Shown here piece after piece: positions 10,048 through 19,553 of a DNA stretch of 64,000 nt. This DNA is from Candidatus Hadarchaeota archaeon (lineage in GTDB: Archaea; CAYQAE01; CAYVLA01). The position numbers and the translations under genes are program-made. Position 1 is the stretch's first letter; each line of letters starts with the position of its first letter. The notes below the pieces were generated by a model. That model saw only the letters and a program-made list of their open reading frames with translations. It made no database searches and was not told the DNA's origin. The stretch covers positions 64,001-128,000 of the forward strand of contig CAZUNO010000004.1 of the NCBI GenBank assembly GCA_964621445.1. The letters run 5' to 3'.

Positions 10048-10794
10048 TCATTTTGATATTTCCTCATCCATCATTTCAATCAACCTGCCCGCGTCCTGGG
10101 GAGCGTATCCGTTCTGATCATTGTCGAAATAGCAGAACACTTCCTTTCCCTGATCCAGCCATCGCATGAAATCTTGGGTCCATCCCCGCAGGCCTTCCTT
10201 GCTATACTGTCCCTGATAGGGCCCATCCGGACCATGGAGTCGTGCATAGACGAAGTCCGAGGTCACCTTTTTTGGGGACTGCCTTTCATTGAAATCGTAT
10301 ATGCAGAAGGCCATCCCGCTGTCCTCCAGGATGTCATAGATCCGGGAATCGAACCAGCTAGGATCGCGGAATTCGAAGGCATATCTCAGTTGACGGGGAA
10401 GGACTTCCACGAATTGCCCTAGCCTCCGCGGGTTGGCTCCCCAGTTAGGAGGAAGCTGGAACAGAACCGGACCTAACTTCTCCTCCAGTGCACGAACACG
10501 TTGAGTGAAATTGCCTACCGGATCCTGGGGGTCCTTTAGCTTCTTCATATGGGTTATGTATCTGCTACCCTTTACGGAAAACGTGAAACCCCGGGATGTG
10601 GTTTTCCTCCACTGATCCAATGTTTTCTCCTTTGGCAGCTGGTAGAAGGAGTTGTTGATCTCCACGGTCTTGAAATTTTCACAGTAGAATGATAGCCAGT
10701 TTTCGCTACCCATCTCCTGGGGGTAGAAGTTTCCTTTCCAGTGATCGTAGTGCCAGCCGGAGGTACCGATGTGTATCTTGTCGCGAATGGTCAT
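10048..10794 (-). CDS. DUF72 domain protein
   Basis: IHIGTSGWHY, VEINNSFY, LFQLPP, AFEFRDPSW, YARLHG and YFDND. Likely start MTIRDK at 10794; the ORF-track extension overlaps the next gene. Confidence 0.92.
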   Translation of the reverse strand: MTIRDKIHIGTSGWHYDHWKGNFYPQEMGSENWLSFYCENFKTVEINNSFYQLPKEKTLDQWRKTTSRGFTFSVKGSRYITHMKKLKDPQDPVGNFTQRVRALEEKLGPVLFQLPPNWGANPRRLGQFVEVLPRQLRYAFEFRDPSWFDSRIYDILEDSGMAFCIYDFNERQSPKKVTSDFVYARLHGPDGPYQGQYSKEGLRGWTQDFMRWLDQGKEVFCYFDNDQNGYAPQDAGRLIEMMDEEISK

Positions 10795-10877
10795 TATTTT
10801 AGCTGTTAACGGTGCATACTTATTGCTTGCCCTACCTACCCTGAGTTGTTGGATAAAGGTATTTGAGGTGAATTGAG

Positions 10878-11471
10878 TTGAATGATGATCGGAAGCTGGA
10901 GAAATATAGAAGGAAAAGGGATCTGAGCAAATCACCCGAGCCAGCAGGGGGCGAGCTGGCCAAGGGAGATAAACCAATCTTCGTGGTGCAGAAACACAAG
11001 GCGAGTTCCCTTCATTATGATTTCCGCATAGAGATCGATGGAGTCTTGAAGTCCTGGGCAGTGCCCAAGGGCCCCTCCATGAAACCCTCGGTGAAGAGAC
11101 TGGCCATCCCCACCGAGGATCACCCAATGGAATACGCCGATTTTGAGGGGACCATACCCGAGGGAGAATACGGTGCAGGCGTGGTTCAGTTATGGGATAG
11201 GGGTAGTTATGATAATATCAAGGAAAAGGACGGGGATGAGGTGCCGGTTACCGAGTCCTACGATAATGGTCAGGTGGAGGTAGACCTGGAAGGGGAGAAG
11301 CTGATGGGGGGATTTGCACTCATAAGGACAGGCGGTGGATCCGATGAAAGGTGGCTGCTGATCAAAATGAGGGATGAAAACGCTGACCCCGATGTCGAAC
11401 CCACCGAGGAGATGAATCGCTCGGTAATGACCGACAGGACCATGGAGGAAATCAAGCAGGAAGGGGAATGA
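10878..11471 (+). CDS. Stand-alone LigD 3'-phosphoesterase (PE) domain protein
   Basis: YRRKRD...[46 protein letters not shown] and WLLIK. No polymerase or ligase domain. Confidence 0.93.
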   Translation: MNDDRKLEKYRRKRDLSKSPEPAGGELAKGDKPIFVVQKHKASSLHYDFRIEIDGVLKSWAVPKGPSMKPSVKRLAIPTEDHPMEYADFEGTIPEGEYGAGVVQLWDRGSYDNIKEKDGDEVPVTESYDNGQVEVDLEGEKLMGGFALIRTGGGSDERWLLIKMRDENADPDVEPTEEMNRSVMTDRTMEEIKQEGE

Positions 11472-11561
11472 GTTCCCAATAGTTCTCTTTGATATCAAAC
11501 TCAGGCTGCGTACTCGTGAGATTAATATTCCCTTTAACTGTTGCGTTCATGGTGATTTCAC

Positions 11562-14232
11562 TTGCCTGCGGAGAAGCTCGAGCACATGTTTAATCCCGAT
11601 TCCATAGCCCTAATTGGAGCTAGCGAGGCGGAAGGGTCGGTGGGCCGGACGATCATGGAGAACCTGGATTCGGGATTCCAGGGAGAGATATTCCCCGTTA
11701 ACCCAAACCGGGAACAGGTTCTAGGAAGGGATTGTCTTGGTTCGGTCAAGGAACTCGATGACCCCGTGGATCTTGCCGTAATCGCCACCCCGGCAAAAAA
11801 GGTTCCCGGCATAGTTGATGAATGTGGTGAGACCGGGATACCTGCGGCCATAATCATCTCCGCGGGTTTCCGTGAAACGGGTGACGAAGGCAGGCAACTC
11901 GAGAAAAAAATCGAGGAAATCAGACGGAAATATGGAATGAGGATACTCGGTCCCAACTGTCTGGGGCTGATCGTGCCCAAGATCGGTCTCAATGCTAGCT
12001 TTGCCGATCAAATGCCCGAGAAAGGTACCATCGTTCTCATCTCCCAGAGCGGAGCCCTGGCGAGATCCATCCTTGATTGGTCGGTTGAGGCTCACGTGGG
12101 TTTCAGCGGCTTCATCTCCCTGGGCAATATGCTGGACGTCAGTTTTGGCGACCTAATAGACTACTTCGGTCAGGACCCGGGAACCAGAAGCATTCTCATG
12201 TACGTGGAGTCCGTGGCCGATGCACGAAACTTCATGAGTGCCGCCAGGGGATTTGCCAGGACCAAGCCCATAGTGGCCGTCAAGTCGGGAAAGTTTGCCA
12301 GGAGTGCTAAGGCACTGGAATCGCATACAGGATCCCTGGCCGGGCAGGACAACGTGTATAATGCTGCCTTTCAGAGGGTTGGAGTTACCAGGGTAAAGGA
12401 AATCGAGGACCTGTTCAACGTTTCCAAGATCCTGGAGGAGAGGTCGCCCCCCGAGGGGCCAAATATGGTAATAATAACCAACGCCGGGGGCCCTGGGATT
12501 ATGGCCACCGACGCTCTTTTGGAAAGGGGCGGGGAGCTGGCATCGCTTTCCCAGGAGACTATTGATGGGCTTAAGGAGTTTCTCCCTCCCCACGCTGGGC
12601 TGTTAAATCCAATCGATATAATCGGTGACGCCGGGGTGGAACGCTACAAAAAGGCCATAAGAACCTGCATCAATGACAACAATGTGGATGGCGCTCTGGT
12701 GATTTACACTCCCCAGGGTGAGGCCTCGCCCCAGGACCTGGCAGCGAATATCGTGGATGTATCACAGGACACCTCGAAACCGATTTTCTCTTCATTTATC
12801 GGTGGGAAAAAGGTGGAGCCCGGCATGAATAAACTACTGGAGGCCGACGTGCCAGTGTTCAGCTCGCCCGAACAGGCGGTTGAATCGTATATGTACATGT
12901 ACCAATACTCGAGAAATCTAAAGGAACTTTACCAAACGCCAGAGGAGCTCCCCGTTGATTCCACACCTCCTAAACACCACCTTAAGGCGATGATCACACG
13001 GGTCGCGCGTGAGGGTCGCGGGGTGTTGATGGAGGACGAATCCAAGAGAATCCTTGAGACCTACGGATACCAACGGCCGAGACCAGGGTTGCCGAAGACC
13101 CATCTTCGGCTGCCCAGATCGCCGATGAGATAGGCTTTCCGGTTGGTTCAAGGTCCATTCACCGGATGTGACCCACAAGAGCGATGTTGAGGGGGTAGTT
13201 GTAGGCCTAAAGACAAGGAAAGAGGTGAAGAAGGCCTATTCGGAGGTGATAAACAGAATTGAGGAACAGCAACCGGAGGCAGATATCCAGGGGGTAACGG
13301 TTCAGAAAATGGCAGAGGACGTGCAATATGAGTTGATACTGGGCTGTAACCGTGATGAGATGTTTGGGCCGACCATAATGTTCGGTCGCGGAGGGATTGA
13401 CGTGGAGATATACGAGGACATCGCGGTTGGATTTCCCCCGCTTAACCAGGTACTGGCCCGGATGCTTATGGAAGAGACAAAGGTATACGACCTGCTTTCC
13501 GGGTACCGGGGCAAGAAGCCCGCGGACCTGCGAGCTTTGGAGAAATATCTTGTTCGTTTCTCGCAGCTATTGATTGATTTTCCCGAGATAAAGGAGCTTG
13601 ATGTTAACCCCCTGGCGGTATTGGATGATGGTTTCCTCGCTCTGGACGCCAGGGTGATCATAGATACCAATATAGCCGTAGAAGGGGTGGAACCACATTC
13701 CCATCTGGTAATAGAACCCTACCCCCGACGCTACGTGCAGGAATGGGTAATGAAGGATGGAACATCGGTCACCCTGAGGCCCATCAAGCCGGAGGATGAG
13801 CCACTGGAGTTCGAGCTTTTCGAGACCTTCTCGCCGGAGACCTTTAGATTTAGGTTCTTTGGGCCACCGAGGGAGATGAGCCACGAGGACATGGTTCGCT
13901 TCACCAACATCGATTACAGGAGGGAGATGGCTATAATAGGGGAACTGGAGGAGGATGGTGAAAGAAAGATGCTGGGGGTTGGAAGGCTCATAATGGGTGC
14001 CGACGCCGAGTCGGGGGAGTTCGCCGTGGTGGTCGGTGATCCATGGCATGGTTTGGGACTGGGAACCAAGCTGGTTGACATGCTTATCGGGGTATCTCGT
14101 GACAAGGGCTTGAAGGAAATTGAGGGATTGATCCAGACCGATAACGAGGTCATGATTCATATATGCGAAAACATGGGATTTGAGATAGAGAACGTCGACT
14201 CCCAGACGGTTAGGGCAACCCTGGAGCTGTGA
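11562..14232 (+). pseudogene. Acetate-CoA-ligase-like/GNAT protein acetyltransferase (Pat/YfiQ type), split by two frameshifts
   Basis: CoA-binding (IGAS, GPNCLG, SQSGA, SHTGSLAG), ATP-grasp (HKSDVEGV, ELDVNPL) and GNAT domains. Adding one base at ~13066 and one at ~13147 restores YG-IPTAETRVAEDPSSAAQIADEIGFPV-xx-KVHSPDVTHKSDV. Confidence 0.85.
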
Positions 14233-14243
14233 GAAAAACCGGC

Positions 14244-14702
14244 CTAATCCTCATCCTCATCAGGAGCGGGGACGGTAAGCACGGGACACTTGGCGTTCTG
14301 AACCACCTTTTCTGCCACAGAGCCGAATAATAGCTTTTCCCATCCGGATTCCCCGTGGGTGGCAACCACTATCAGGTCCACTCCCCTATCCTCTGCTATC
14401 TCGGTTATCTGATCGGAAGCGTTCCCGTGGGCAACGATTGGATGCACATTGATCTCTTCATCCATCATCTCATCCGTTATCTTCTCCAACCTATCCATGG
14501 CGCTTTCCTCCAGCGTGCGTCGATACATGGGTACGTCAAAGCTAGTTGGTCCAGGTGCCGTTGCCACGGCCGGAATGGGGGCAACCACGTGAACTAGGTA
14601 CAGCTCACTTCCAAAGTGCATGGCGATTTGGTTCGCCTTTCTCAGAGCCCTGATAGAGGGGTCACTGAAGTCGGTTGGTGATAGTATACTTTCAATCTTC
14701 AT
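14244..14702 (-). CDS. Universal stress protein (UspA family)
   Basis: ILSPTDFS, DLIVVATHG and LLFGSVAEKVVQNAKCPVLTV. Confidence 0.95.
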   Translation of the reverse strand: MKIESILSPTDFSDPSIRALRKANQIAMHFGSELYLVHVVAPIPAVATAPGPTSFDVPMYRRTLEESAMDRLEKITDEMMDEEINVHPIVAHGNASDQITEIAEDRGVDLIVVATHGESGWEKLLFGSVAEKVVQNAKCPVLTVPAPDEDED

Positions 14703-14802
14703 TCAATCCATCTCCATTTTTATCCGTATGGGAAGTATTTCAAGGGAATAAATATGGTGGGGAATGGGTCGATTATTGCATCTGGGGCGAGGTCTTTTCA
14801 AA

Positions 14803-16032
14803 CTATGCCCGGAAGCCGGGAGTAACCGAGGTAGGGCCGCTCTGGTTTCCCGATTCATTTAGGTTCAGCTCCTGTGCCAGCTGGATATAGCGTATAATAT
14901 CCGAGCGGCCGATGATTCCAACCACCTTTCCCTCCTGGAGTACCAATAGCTGGTTTATATCGTTCTGAGCCAGCTTCTTGAAAGCCGCTTTAAGATCATC
15001 GGAAACATCAACCGTGTGAAGCGGCTCCTTGGTCATTATCTGCTCCACCGATTTGTCCTGCCAATGGTCCCGGGGAAGTTCCTTCACGTCAGAGGGGGTT
15101 ACAATGCCCACCGGTTTCTCGTCTACGCAGACCGGCGCTGCCCTAACCCCTCCGTGTAGAAATATCTCGTTAACAACCTTATCCACATCGGTGTCGGGAT
15201 GGATGATACAGGGAGTGTCTCTCATAACCTCTTTAACCTGAACGCCGGTTAGCTGCTCCCGCAGGGTCGCCTCACGCCCACTCTGGCTGGCTGCATTATT
15301 GAGGAACCAGCCGATAAACGCTATCCATAGGCCCCCTAGCAGATTTCCGCTTAGCAGTATGAAGAATCCAATTGCTATCAGGCTCCAGGCAAGGACCTTG
15401 CCAGCCCCGGCAGCTATTCTGGTGGCCTTTTGCAGGTTCCCGGTGAAATGATTCACGGCCGAGCGTAATAGTCTTCCCCCATCTAGGGGAAGCCCGGGCA
15501 GCAGATTAAATCCTCCCAGCAACGCGTTGATCAGGGCCATGTAGCCCAAAATTGCGCCAAACGGCGAGTCCTGTGCAGCTATGAGCAGCTGCATTCCGTA
15601 GAATATGCCAGCCAGAGCCAGACTGGTCACCGGGCCCACCAGGGCCATAAGGAATTCATCCCTGGGCTCCTCGGGCTCCTCCTCTATCTGGCTCGCTCCA
15701 CCAAATATGAAGAGGACTATGCTATTCACCGGCATCCCCCTCGACCGGGCCACTATGGAGTGGGCAAGTTCATGGACCAGAACTGAGAAGAAAAGCAGAA
15801 GAGCGGCGGAAGCCCCGATTATCCAGTAGATTGATTGTTGCCAGTCGGGATATTCCTGAGGGAAAAACCCTGCAGCAAGTGACCAGGTAATGAAGATGAA
15901 GGCAAGTATCCAGGTGAAATGTATTTGTATCTCTATCCCTGCGATGCTCCCCAAACCCAGTGCCCCCTTGGTCGAGGCCTTCTTGGGTACCTTAATATCC
16001 TTGGTTTCTCCTAATCCACCCATCAATACCAC
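14803..16032 (-). CDS. Site-2 protease (M50) with C-terminal CBS pair
   Basis: HELAH, GP and NLLPGLPLDGGR motifs plus two CBS repeats. Start may be ATG 16023. Confidence 0.93.
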   Translation of the reverse strand: MVLMGGLGETKDIKVPKKASTKGALGLGSIAGIEIQIHFTWILAFIFITWSLAAGFFPQEYPDWQQSIYWIIGASAALLLFFSVLVHELAHSIVARSRGMPVNSIVLFIFGGASQIEEEPEEPRDEFLMALVGPVTSLALAGIFYGMQLLIAAQDSPFGAILGYMALINALLGGFNLLPGLPLDGGRLLRSAVNHFTGNLQKATRIAAGAGKVLAWSLIAIGFFILLSGNLLGGLWIAFIGWFLNNAASQSGREATLREQLTGVQVKEVMRDTPCIIHPDTDVDKVVNEIFLHGGVRAAPVCVDEKPVGIVTPSDVKELPRDHWQDKSVEQIMTKEPLHTVDVSDDLKAAFKKLAQNDINQLLVLQEGKVVGIIGRSDIIRYIQLAQELNLNESGNQSGPTSVTPGFRA

Positions 16033-16227
16033 GCTGACCTTTAGATACGCCCTACCGTTATTCCTTGTTGACCATGTTAGTTTACCTTTTAATCATTGCG
16101 TCTGGGTAACCTGGGTGCCCATATAGCGATATAGGTTCTCCCGTTCCCTATTCGATTGAGATGGCGGGTCAGTGCTAAGAGCGCAAGGTATTTTTGTAAT
16201 GAGTTTCAAGGTTTTTCAGCGTTCAAT

Positions 16228-18297
16228 ATGGAAAATCATCAGGACATCTCAGTGGAGAAAAGGGATGGCAGAATAGTTCCCTTCGATGAATCGAGGATAA
16301 TTATGGCCATTGGAAAGGCCCTCCGGGCATGTGAATCCGGGGACCCGGATCTGGCAGGGAAGCTGGGGAGGACGGTTTCAAGGAGAATTAGGGATAGATA
16401 TTCCGATTCCACCCCGTCAGTAGAGGATATTCAGGATGAGGTGGAACGGGTTCTGGTTGAGGAGGGTCTGTCCGAGGTTGCTAAAAAGTACATTCTCTAT
16501 AGGGAGCAACGCTCACAGGAACGTGAAGCCAAGAGCTTTATCGGGGTAAAGGACGATCTGAAGCTCACGGTCAACGCGGTTAATATCCTGCAGAAGAGAT
16601 ACCTAAGAAGGGATGACCAGGGAAAGGTTGCGGAAACTCCCGCCGAGATGTTTGATAGGGTAGCCAGGTCCATAGCAAAGGTGGACTCCCAATACGATTC
16701 CAACTCGGATATTGATCGAACCGAGGACAGGTTCAATGAGATTATGAGGGACCTCCTATTTCTGCCAAACTCGCCTACCTTAATGAACGCTGGAACCCGG
16801 ATAGGACAGCTCTCGGCATGCTTCGTGGTTCCCATAGAGGATTCAATGGAGAGCATATTCGAGGCTCTCAAGAACATGGCCCTAATTCACCAGTCGGGGG
16901 GCGGAACCGGCTTCTCATTCTCCAAATTAAGACCCTCCGGAGATATCGTGGCCTCCACCAAGGGGGTCGCATCGGGACCCGTGTCCTTCATAAGTATATT
17001 CGACACTGCAACCGAGGTGGTCAAGCAGGGGGGAAGAAGGAGAGGTGCAAACATGGGGGTGCTTTCCGTCCATCACCCCGATATAACCGATTTTATTAAT
17101 GCAAAAAGCGAGGAAGACGACCTAAGCAACTTCAATCTATCGGTCGCAGTGACCAATGAGTTCATGGAAGCAAAGGAGGAGAACCGGGAGTACGACCTGG
17201 TAAACCCCAGAACCGGTTCGGCGACCGAAAGCGTGAATGCCAGAGATATCTATGATATGATCGTTGCCTCGGCCTGGAAAACCGGAGAACCGGGGATGAT
17301 ATTCATCGACGAGATAAACCGGCAAAATCCAACACCGGATCTGGGGAGCATAGAATCCACCAATCCCTGTGGCGAGGCTCCACTTCTTCCATTCGAATCA
17401 TGTAACCTAGGGTCCATCAACCTGTCAAAGGTGGTTGATGATGGTGAGATCGACTGGGATTTGCTCGGGTCCCTGGTGGAAACCGGGGTACATTTCCTGG
17501 ATAATGTCATATCGGCCAACAGGTACCCCATATCACAGGCCACCGAGATGGCTAGGGGAAACAGGAAGATAGGGCTGGGGGTAATGGGACTTGCCGAGAT
17601 GCTGATCAAGCTGAGGATACCCTACGATACGCAGGAGGCCCTATCGGTTGGGGAGAAGGTAATGGAGTTCATAGCCCGTCGCTCAGAGGAAGCGAGCAGG
17701 GAACTGGCAGAGGCCAGGGGTTCCTTCCCGAATATAGAGAGCAGCATTTGGAGCGATGACCGCCCCATGAGGAATGCCACTAGAACGGCAATAGCGCCAA
17801 CCGGCACCATAAGCATGATCGCCGGTACGTCCAGTGGAATTGAACCGCTGTTTGCGGTTGCTTATGTGAGGAAGGCCATGGGAAGTAGGCTGGTGGAGGT
17901 CAACTCGGTATTTGAGGATTATGTCAGGGAGGAGGGTCTCTACAACAGGGATCTAATGAACGAAGTTGCCAGGAAGGGAAGCCTGTCGTCGATTTCCTCC
18001 CTGCCCCAGAGGGCAAGAAAGCTCTTCGTCACCTCCCTCGAGGTGGCCCCTGAATGGCACGTGAAAATGCAGGCTGCGTTCCAAAAGCATGTCGATAACG
18101 GAGTATCGAAGACGGTTAACCTTCCTCAAGATGCTGGTCTTAGTGATATAGCATCGGTCTTTGACCTGGCCTATAGGCTTGAGTGCAAGGGAGTGACCGT
18201 CTACAGGTACGGGAGTCGGTCCGACCAGGTGCTGTATGCCGGGGGGGAGGGTGAAGCAAACGCCGGTGCCTGTCCATCAAGTGATTGTTCCTACTGA
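16228..18297 (+). CDS. nrdJ: Class II (adenosylcobalamin-dependent) ribonucleotide reductase with ATP cone
   Basis: ATP cone VEKRDG...EDIQDEVE; PNSPTLMNAG, LSACFV, TNPCGE, CNLGSINL and IAPTGT; C-terminal Cys pair. An adenosyltransferase is adjacent and no NrdB is seen. Confidence 0.93.
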   Translation: MENHQDISVEKRDGRIVPFDESRIIMAIGKALRACESGDPDLAGKLGRTVSRRIRDRYSDSTPSVEDIQDEVERVLVEEGLSEVAKKYILYREQRSQEREAKSFIGVKDDLKLTVNAVNILQKRYLRRDDQGKVAETPAEMFDRVARSIAKVDSQYDSNSDIDRTEDRFNEIMRDLLFLPNSPTLMNAGTRIGQLSACFVVPIEDSMESIFEALKNMALIHQSGGGTGFSFSKLRPSGDIVASTKGVASGPVSFISIFDTATEVVKQGGRRRGANMGVLSVHHPDITDFINAKSEEDDLSNFNLSVAVTNEFMEAKEENREYDLVNPRTGSATESVNARDIYDMIVASAWKTGEPGMIFIDEINRQNPTPDLGSIESTNPCGEAPLLPFESCNLGSINLSKVVDDGEIDWDLLGSLVETGVHFLDNVISANRYPISQATEMARGNRKIGLGVMGLAEMLIKLRIPYDTQEALSVGEKVMEFIARRSEEASRELAEARGSFPNIESSIWSDDRPMRNATRTAIAPTGTISMIAGTSSGIEPLFAVAYVRKAMGSRLVEVNSVFEDYVREEGLYNRDLMNEVARKGSLSSISSLPQRARKLFVTSLEVAPEWHVKMQAAFQKHVDNGVSKTVNLPQDAGLSDIASVFDLAYRLECKGVTVYRYGSRSDQVLYAGGEGEANAGACPSSDCSY

Positions 18298-18306
18298 GTT
18301 GATAGA

Positions 18307-18837
18307 TTGAAACAGGGAAATGGCCCGCGTCTCCATGTATATTATGGAGAGGGAGAGGGGAAAACCATGGCCGCCTTTGGTCTTGCTCTCCGTTCAATAG
18401 GGCACGGGAAGAAGGTGGTTATAATCCAGTTTATGAAAGGTAGAAAGGATATAGGGGAGTACAAGGCCGCGGAGCGCCTTGGTCCTGAATGTGAGATACG
18501 GCAGTTTGGCTCCCAGGAGTTCACGGATCTCAGAAACCCGAGCCGTGAGGATATCGATAGGGCTAGGAAGGGCTTGGAATACGCCTGGAAAGTACTGTCC
18601 GGGAATCCCGACCTGGTTATCCTCGATGAACTTGGTCTTGCGGCAAGCGTTGGCTTGATAAGACCTGATGGTGTGGAGAAGCTACTCCAACACGCTGATA
18701 GAGAGACTGTGATCGTCATAACTGGTAGAAAGGTTCCCCAGTCAATAATCGACAAAGCGGACCTGGTAACAGATATGAGGAATGTAAGGCATCCCAAGGA
18801 TTCCGGGGTTGATGCACGGAAGGGAGTGGAGTACTAG
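18307..18837 (+). CDS. btuR: Cob(I)alamin adenosyltransferase (CobA/BtuR/CobO type)
   Basis: VYYGEGEGKT, ALRSIGHG, IQFMKG, ILDE, ITGR, ADLVT and ARKGVEY. Confidence 0.92.
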   Translation: MKQGNGPRLHVYYGEGEGKTMAAFGLALRSIGHGKKVVIIQFMKGRKDIGEYKAAERLGPECEIRQFGSQEFTDLRNPSREDIDRARKGLEYAWKVLSGNPDLVILDELGLAASVGLIRPDGVEKLLQHADRETVIVITGRKVPQSIIDKADLVTDMRNVRHPKDSGVDARKGVEY

Positions 18838-19464
18838 TCGGAATACAGCTCTAGCGGTTCTATTTCAGAACCGGATCTAATCTCAAGCCCTATCCTCACC
18901 AAGGCAGCCTGCAGGTTTCTAAATGAATATCCCCAGAATGAGCTTTTCCTCCACAGTTCTTCCGTTTTTTCCTTTGCCTTTTCCTTTTTCGTTGTGATAC
19001 CTAACTCCATGGCGGCATTTTTTCTATATCGGTAAAATTAGGATCAGCATTTTTCTATATACCTCTCATCTCGCGCAGAAATATGTTGGCCGTAACGGCC
19101 CCACGCCCTTAAATTGAAGGATCCTCTCCCGTAGATCGGATGGACTTTGGCTCAGCTCATCCAGTTTTTCCAGCTTGCCATCGAGGTCCTTCATATAGGT
19201 GGCAGTGATACCGTCGTAGCGCACGTATCCACCCTCCCCGTGAACCTCGATCAATTTTCTCCGCGAGGCCTGATTTATGCTCTGGGGCGTGGTCAATCCG
19301 GCATCTCTGTAGGCGAGAAAGGTATTCTTTGCTATCTTGGTTGCTATCCTGTTACCGAAAAGAATGGAGGCGATCAACCACTGAAAAGGATTTGACCGGA
19401 GGTCGATTTCCAGTTCCTGTGAGTATAGCTTACCGTAATTATCAAGTACCTCTTCGAGTTTCAT
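18834..19464 (-). pseudogene. HhH-GPD-like DNA repair protein, disrupted
   Basis: FQWLIASILFG, GGYVRYD and HhH KGVG. Frameshift at ~19097, in-frame TAG at 19055-19057 and frameshift in A6 at 19018-19023. The reconstructed tail reads VTANIFLREMRGI*KNADP...AAMELG...FRNLQAALVRIG. Confidence 0.82.
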
Positions 19465-19553
19465 GTTTCCTAATGAGGGGATTTCCAACATATTCGTTTG
19501 GGATATCCATTCCTATTGTCATCCACCGCAATTCCGGGGCTGATACTGCTGAT

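Noticed and set aside
10795-11127. N-terminal extension of DUF72 in the ORF track
   Set aside because: It overlaps the divergent LigD-PE gene, and the family motif begins at MTIRDKIHIGTSG.
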